Position numbers and translations under genes: made by a program. Below are positions 57,865 to 64,000 of a stretch of DNA of 64,000 bases, one piece after another; the stretch's first letter is position 1; each line of letters opens with the position of its first letter. The DNA comes from an uncultured Acidimicrobiales bacterium (GTDB lineage: Bacteria; Actinomycetota; Acidimicrobiia; Acidimicrobiales; DATKAS01): the NCBI GenBank assembly GCA_963726495.1, contig CAVSCP010000009.1:157112-221111 (forward strand). The letters are read 5' to 3'. The notes beneath the pieces were generated by a model, which was given only the letters and a program-made list of their open reading frames with translations, did not search any database and was not told the origin of the DNA.

Positions 57865-59826
57865 GCGCATGGCCCGAGCGTCCGGTCGCGGACGCGATCA
57901 CCGCGACCGACGACGAGATCCGCGCGCGCGCTCGCCGAGGCCGAGGTCCCGCCGCTGCTGCCCGCGCTCGCGTACCTCACCGGTGACCTGTCGCTGCTGC
58001 GCGACGACCTGCGGCCCGATCCCGCTGCTCATCGCGCATGCCGCAGGGCGGGCTGAGCGAGGAGCAGCTCGCGACGGCGCGCGACGCTCGCGCTCGACGC
58101 GCTCATCGCGTTCCGCGACGGCGGGTGCCGAGCCCGCGCCGCTCCCGACCGACGACGAGCTGCTGCGAGATCATGGAGTACGCGGTCGGCGGCGCCGGAG
58201 ATGGCCGCGTACCTCCCGCTGCTCGAGGAGGAGCTCGCGTACCGCGGCGAGGACCGGCGCGCGCCCGGCTGGCGCAAGGCCGACATCGCGCCCGACGTCG
58301 ACTTCCGCGTCGTCGATCATCGGCGCGGGCATGTCGGGCCTGCTCGCCGCGCACCGGCTGCAGCAGGCCGGCGTCGCCGTTCGTCATCGTCGAGAAGAAC
58401 GACGACGTCGGCGGCACCTGGTTCGAGAACACGCTATCCCGGGCTGCCGCGTCGACAACCCGAACCACAACTACAGCTACTCGTTCGCGCAGCGCCACGA
58501 CTGGCCGTTCCACTTCTCGACGCAGGACGTGCTGCTCGACTACTTCCGCGACTGCGCCGACGACGTTCGGCGCTGCGCGACCACATCCGCTTCGGCACCG
58601 AGGTCGTCGTCGGCGACGTGGTCCGACGACGACGCGCACGTGGACCGTGCGCGTGCGCGACCGCCGACGGCGGCGAGGAGACGATCGACGGCGAACGCGG
58701 TCGATCAGCGCGGTCGGCCAGCTCAACCGGCCGTCGCTCCCCGACATCGCCGGCCGCGACTCGTTCGCGGGCCCGTCGTTCCACTCGGCGCGGTGGGACC
58801 ACGACGTCGATCTCGCGCGGCAAGCGGGTCGCGGTGATCGGCACCGGCGCGAGCGCGGTGCAGTTCATCCCCGAGATCGCGCCGACGCGTCGGCGAGCTG
58901 CTCGTGTTCCAGCGCACGCCGCCGTGGCTCGGGCCCGACGCCCGACTACCACGACGCGGTCTCCGACGGCCTGCGGTGGCTCTACGCGCACGTGCCGTCG
59001 TACAGCGAGTGGAACCGCTTCTGGATCTTCTGGCGGATGGGCGACGGCGTGCTCGCCGGGCGTGCGCGTCGACCCCGAGTGGGAGCCGCAGGACGGCGGT
59101 CGGTGAGCGCGGTCGAACGAGATCGTGCGCATGATGCTCATCGAGTACCTCGAGGCCGAGTTCGCCGACCGGCCCGACCTGCTCGAGAAGGTCGTGCCGA
59201 CCTACCCGCCCGGCGCCAAGCGGATGCTCCGCGACAACGGCGTCTGGGCGCGGCACGCTGAAGCGCGACAACGTGCAGCTGGTCACCGACGACGATCCGC
59301 GAGATCACACCGACGGGCGTCGTCACCGCCGACGGCGTCGAGCACGAGGTCGACGTGATCATCTACGGCACCGGCTTCCAGGCGTCGAAGTTCCTCACGC
59401 CGATGAAGGTGACCGGCCGCGGCGGCGTCGACCTGCACGAGCAGTGGGACGGCGACGCCCGCGCCTACCTCGGCGTGACCGTGCCCGGCTTCCCGAACCT
59501 GTTCTGCCTCTACGGGCCGAACACGAACATCGTCATCAACGGCAGCATCGTCTACTTCTCCGAGTGCGGGGTGCGCTACATCCTCGGCTGCATCGAGCTG
59601 CTGCTCGACGAGCGGCCACGCGCGCTCGACGTGCGCAAGGACGTGCACGACGCGTTCAACGAGCGCGTCGACGCCGAGAACACGCGCGATGGCGTGGGGC
59701 GCGTCCGACGTGAACAGCTGGTACAAGAACGAGCACGGCCACGTCGCGCAGAACTGGCCGTTCACGCTGCTCGAGTACTGGCAGCGCACCAGCGAGCCCG
59801 ACCCCGACGACTACGTCCTCAGCTGA
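57861..59826 (+). CDS. Baeyer-Villiger-type flavin monooxygenase with N-terminal extension (many indels)
   Basis: [18 protein letters not shown], fingerprint [40 protein letters not shown]. Confidence 0.85.
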
Positions 59827-59868
59827 TACGGACTACGTCCTCAGCTGATACGACTACGTCCTCAGCTG
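59809..59868 (+). repeat. Tandem triplication of a 21-22 bp unit spanning the monooxygenase stop codon
   Basis: GACTACGTCCTCAGCTG starts at 59809, 59831 and 59852. Confidence 0.9.
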
Positions 59869-59893
59869 CGTCGCGTCTCCCGAACTCGCGCGG

Positions 59894-59919
59894 ATAACCC
59901 GCCACCGATGGCGGGTTAT
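59894..59919. terminator. Stem-loop after the catabolic operon (terminator or REP-like)
   Basis: ATAACCCGCCA-CCGA-TGGCGGGTTAT, with an imperfect outer extension to 59885-59927. Confidence 0.6.
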
Positions 59920-60056
59920 TCGAGCGAGAACCCCGGGGGATACTGATGGGCATCGACCGGAGTTGGGGTCGGCGATGGTCGAAGGGTCTGGAGACGTTCA
60001 GCGACGCGTCGGGTGAGGTGCCCGATCAGGCGTGGGCCGCGGGTTGGGATACCCCG

Positions 60057-61310
60057 ATGAGCGACGTCGAGACCGCGTGCGACGAGTCGTCGAGAAGTCG
60101 GCGCAAGTCGTCGTGATCGGCCGGGCTCGTCGGCGCGGTCACCGGCTTCGGCGTCGCGGCGTTCGAGCGCATCGTCGTGAACGGCTTGTTGCTCCACATC
60201 GAGGAGCTGCCGCTCTGGATGGTCGCGCTCGCCCCGATGGTCGGGCTGCTGCTCGCGCTGGCCGCGCTCGACGTTCATCGGAGGTGGGATCTCGTCTGCG
60301 ACGTCGGACGAGTACCTGCGCGTGTTCCACGACCCGGCGGTCCCCCTCTCGATGCGAGGGCTGGCGGCGCGCATGACCGCGTCGATCACGACGCTCGGCT
60401 TCGGCGGCGCGATGGGGCTCGAGGGCCCGTCGCTGTACCTCGGCGCGACGCTCGGCTCGCAAGCTCAGCGCTGCCTGCCACGCCTGTTCCGCGACGCCGA
60501 CCGCCAGCTGCTCATGGTCGCGGGCGCGGCCGCCGGGGTCGCGGCGATCTTCAAGGCGCCGGCGACGGGAGCGATCTTCGCGATCGAGGTGCCGTATCGC
60601 GACGACCTCGCTCGGCGGATGCTGCTGCCCGCGCTCGTCTCCGCGGCCACCGGCTACCTCGCGTTCGTCGCGATCAACGGCACCGACCGCCTCTTCCCGA
60701 TCGCTGGCGAGCCGAACTTCAACTTCCGCGACCTGATCGGCGCGCTCGCACTCGGTGTCGCGGCCGGGCTCGCGGCACGCGTCTTCGCGGTCATGGTGCT
60801 CAAGGCGAAGGAGCTGTCCGCGAAGCCCAGCATCTGGCAACCGCTCGTCGCGGGCGCCGCACTCGCCGGGATCTTCGTGATCGGCCGGATCGCCACGGGC
60901 GAAGACCTCACGTTGGGCCGGGCTACGACACGATCGCGTGGGCGCTCGATCCCCACCACGGCGCCTGGCTCGTGTTCCTCGTGTTCGTGCTCAGGTGCGC
61001 GGCGACGACCGCGACCGTCGGCGGGGGCGGCGCGGGTGGCCTCTTCATCCCACTCGTGGTCGGCGGCGCGCTGATGGGACGCGTCGTCGGTGGCGCGGTC
61101 GAGAGCCTCAACACGACCCTTTTCGTGGTGATCGGCGTCGCCGCCTTCCTGGGCGCGGGCTACCGCGTGCCCCTTGCGGCCGTGATGTTCGTCGCCGAGA
61201 CGACCGGACGGCCGGGTTTCGTGGTGCCTGGGCTCCTGGCTGCGGTGGCCGCCGAGCTCACGATGGGCCGTCGGTCGATCACCATCTATCAGGCCGCCGA
61301 CCCCCGCTGA
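60057..61310 (+). CDS. CLC family chloride channel/transporter (indels; start uncertain)
   Basis: GLEGP, AGAAAG..AIFKAP..GAIFAIE, GGLFIP, AVMFVAETTG, C-terminal IY. Confidence 0.85.
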
Positions 61311-61319
61311 TCGCCGTCG

Positions 61320-61336
61320 TCATCCGCCGTGGATGA
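61320..61336. promoter_or_regulatory. Inverted MalT-box-like palindrome upstream of cydDC
   Basis: TCATCC-gccgt-GGATGA, same spacing as the site at 35663. Confidence 0.45.
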
Positions 61337-61443
61337 TGCGTTCGGCCAGCCTCTGGGCGAGCCTGCTCCTCGTGATGGCCTCCGGGGCAAGGGCTACCGT
61401 GCCTCATTCCTCGGACAGCGCGAGCGCGAACAGGGCGAGAAGA

Positions 61444-63115
61444 GTGACGACGCGCAGGGGCCCGGTCGACCCGCGGCTCATGCAGCTCGGTCGCGGCGTG
61501 CGCGTGCACATGGCGCTCACGGTCGTCCTCGGCGGCGTCACCGCGCTCCTCGTGATCGCGGAGGCATGGCTGCTCGCCGACGTGATCGCCCGAGCGTTCG
61601 ACGGCACGATCACCGTCGCCGACGTGCGAGCGCCACTCACGGTGCTGCTGGTCGTCGTCGTCGCCCGTGCGGCCACCGCCTGGTACACGGAGGTGTCGGC
61701 CAACCGCGCGTCGAGTCGCGGTGAAGTCGCAGCTGCGCGTCGCGCTCGTCGAGAAGCTCGCCGCCGAACCGCCGCGCTCGCGCGCCGAGTCGGAAGGCCA
61801 CCTGACCACACTCGCGACGCACGGGGTCGACGCGCTCGACGGGTACTTCTCGCGCTACCTGCCTCAGCTCGTGCTCGCCGTGATCGTGCCGGTCGCGGTG
61901 ATCGTCGCCGTCTGCACGGCGGACTGGGTCTCGGCCGCGATCATCGCGATCACCGTCCCCCTCATCCCGCTGTTCATGGCCCTGATCGGCATGCGCGTGC
62001 AGCGCCGACAGGATCATCAGCTCCGCACTCTCCAGGTGCTGTCGGGCCACTTCCTCGACGTCGTGCGAGGGCTGACGACGCTGAAGGTGTTCGGGCGATC
62101 GAAGGCTCAGGTCGAGACGATCAGGTCGGTCACCGACCGCTACCGGCGCACGACGATGTCGACGCTGAAGCTCGCGTTCCTCTCGTCGCTGGTGCTCGAG
62201 CTGCTCGCGAGCGTGTCGGTGGCGCTCGTCGCCGTGTCGGTGGGGTTGCGCCTTCTCTACGGTCATCTCGACCTGCGGACCTCGCTGTTCGCGCTCGTGC
62301 TCGCGCCCGAGGCCTACCTGCCACTCCGCCTCGTCGGCACCAGCTTCCACGCGAGTGCCGAAGGGCTTGAGCGCGGCCGACCAGGTCTTCGAGGTGCTCG
62401 AGCGACCGATGCCCGAGCACGGCAACAGGCCGACGTGCCCGACCCGGCCGCGCACGCGATCACGGTCGATCGAGTCACGGTTGCGTATCCGGGCAGGACC
62501 GAAGCCCGCGATCGACCGGCTGCTCGCTCACGATCGAGCCCGGCGAAGTCCGTCGCGATCACCGGACCGAGCGGGTGCGGCAAGTCGACGCTCGTCGCCG
62601 TGTTGCTCGGGTTCGCCACTCCGAGCGAAGGCGCCGTCCGCATCGGCGACGTCGATCTCGCCGAGGTCGATCCCGCGGCGTGGCGCGAGCACATCGCATG
62701 GGTGCCGCAACGGCCCCACCTCTTCGCCGCCTCGATCGCGGAGAACCTGCGCCTGGGCGCGCCTCGATGCGACCGACGACGAGCTCTGGAGCGCCCTCTC
62801 GGCCGCGTCACTCGAGCGTCGGATCGCTGCGTTGCCGGATCAGCTCGACACGAGGCTCGGCGAGCGTGGCAGTGGCCTGTCCGCTGGTGAGGCCCAGCGA
62901 CTCGCGATCGCGCGCGGCGCTTCTGAAGCCCGCGTCACTCGCTCCTCCTCGACGAGCCCACCGCCCATCTCGACGCCGACACCGAAGCGCGTGTGATCTC
63001 GTCGCTGCAACAAGCGGCGCGTGGCCGGTCGATGGTCGTCGTCACGCACCGACCGGCGGTGCTCTCGATCGTCGACCGGGTCGTGTCACTCGAGCCGGCA
63101 ACGGTGCTGCGATGA
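61444..63115 (+). CDS. cydD: Thiol/heme ABC exporter subunit CydD (several indels)
   Basis: GPVDPRL, LDGYFSRYLPQL, PLIPLFMALIG, FLDVVRGL.TLK.FGR, LAPEAYLPLR..G..FHA, GPSGCGKST. Confidence 0.9.
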
Positions 63116-64000
63116 CAAGCGCATCGACCCGCGACACCATTCGGCTCGCACGCCCCGCGACGCGGGGCCTCGTGCTCTCGACGCTGCTGGGAGCCGCGTG
63201 CATCGCCTCGGCCATCGCGCTGCTCGGCACGTCGGCCTGGCTGATCTCGCGCTGCGCACAGCACGGATCGGTCGCCGACCTCGGCCTCGCCGTGGTCAGC
63301 GTGCGGTTCTTCGCGCCTCGCCCGCGGCCTGTTCCGCTACGGCGAGCGGCTCGTCGGTCACGACGGAGCGTTCCGTGCTCTCGCCGACCTGCGCGTCACC
63401 GTGTACGAGCGGCTCGAGCGCATCACCCCGTCGGGCCTCCGCTCGTTCCACCGCGGCGACCTGCTCGATCGCGTGGTGGAGGACGTCGACGCCCTGCAGG
63501 ACGTCGGCCTCCGCGTCCTGCCGGCGTGGTGCATCGCGGGCGTCGTCGGTGCGGCGACGACGATCGCGGCTCTGGATCATGCTTCCGGCCGCCGCGGTCG
63601 TCGTGGCGATCGCTCTGCTAGTCGGAGCGGTCGTGGTCCCGTGGCTGTCGCGGGCGTTGGCGCACCGCAACGAAGCCCGCCGGGCGGCAGCGCGCGGCGA
63701 GCTCACCGCATCGGTCGTCGACCTGCTCGAGGGCGCTCCCGACCTCGTCGCCTTCGGCGCCGTCGACGTGGAGGTGCAGCGAGTCGTCGACCACGACCGT
63801 GAGCTCACTCGAGTCGCGGCGGCGAGTGCGCACACCACGGAGTGGGCAGCGGGCTGGTCGTGCTCTGCACGGGGATGGCGATGTGGGCGGCACTCGCGCT
63901 CGGGGTGGGCGCCGTGCACGCCGGACGTCTCGACGGCGTGTTCCTCGCCGTCGTCGCACTGATCCCCCTCGCCGCGTTCGAGCTCGTCGTGCCGCTTCCC
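63112..64000 (+). CDS. cydC: ABC exporter subunit CydC (5' part; indels; truncated by window edge)
   Basis: ALLGTSAWLISR, VSVRFF, FRYGERLVGHD..FR.LADLRV.VY.RL, GDLL.R.V.DVD.LQD. Confidence 0.88.

Noticed and set aside
59809-59868. Mini-CRISPR
   Set aside because: The repeats are directly tandem with no unique spacers.
59930-60056. Fluoride riboswitch upstream of the CLC gene (GGCGATGG seen)
   Set aside because: The following pairing and the conserved downstream elements are absent, and the CLC lacks fluoride-type signatures.

Overview
GC-rich bacterial chromosomal window whose gene content and order point to Actinomycetota, probably Acidimicrobiia (inference): PAC2, groEL with CIRCE, gpgS, DUF3263, tRNA-Thr, rlmB-ispF-ispD, disA-radA. 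It holds about 55 genes, including a liv-type ABC operon, a pentose-phosphate cassette, a TetR-linked catabolic cluster and cydDC. Many genes, including groEL, tkt, zwf and ispD, are broken by single-base indels. These are most simply read as uncorrected long-read errors, so many fusions and splits in the ORF track are artefacts. The most notable signals are: (1) a hidden selenoprotein, with an in-frame UGA in a W-A-S-W-U-G-C redoxin motif followed by a SECIS-like hairpin; (2) an AbiEi/DUF559-type nuclease gene bracketed by two different pairs of REP-like palindromes and preceded by the same PafBC-type DNA-damage promoter motif as radA; (3) inverted MalT-box palindromes next to a MalT-like regulator and upstream of cydDC; (4) a stand-alone LysM-like mini-protein inside an amidohydrolase operon. 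All product calls come from motif recognition, not database searches.
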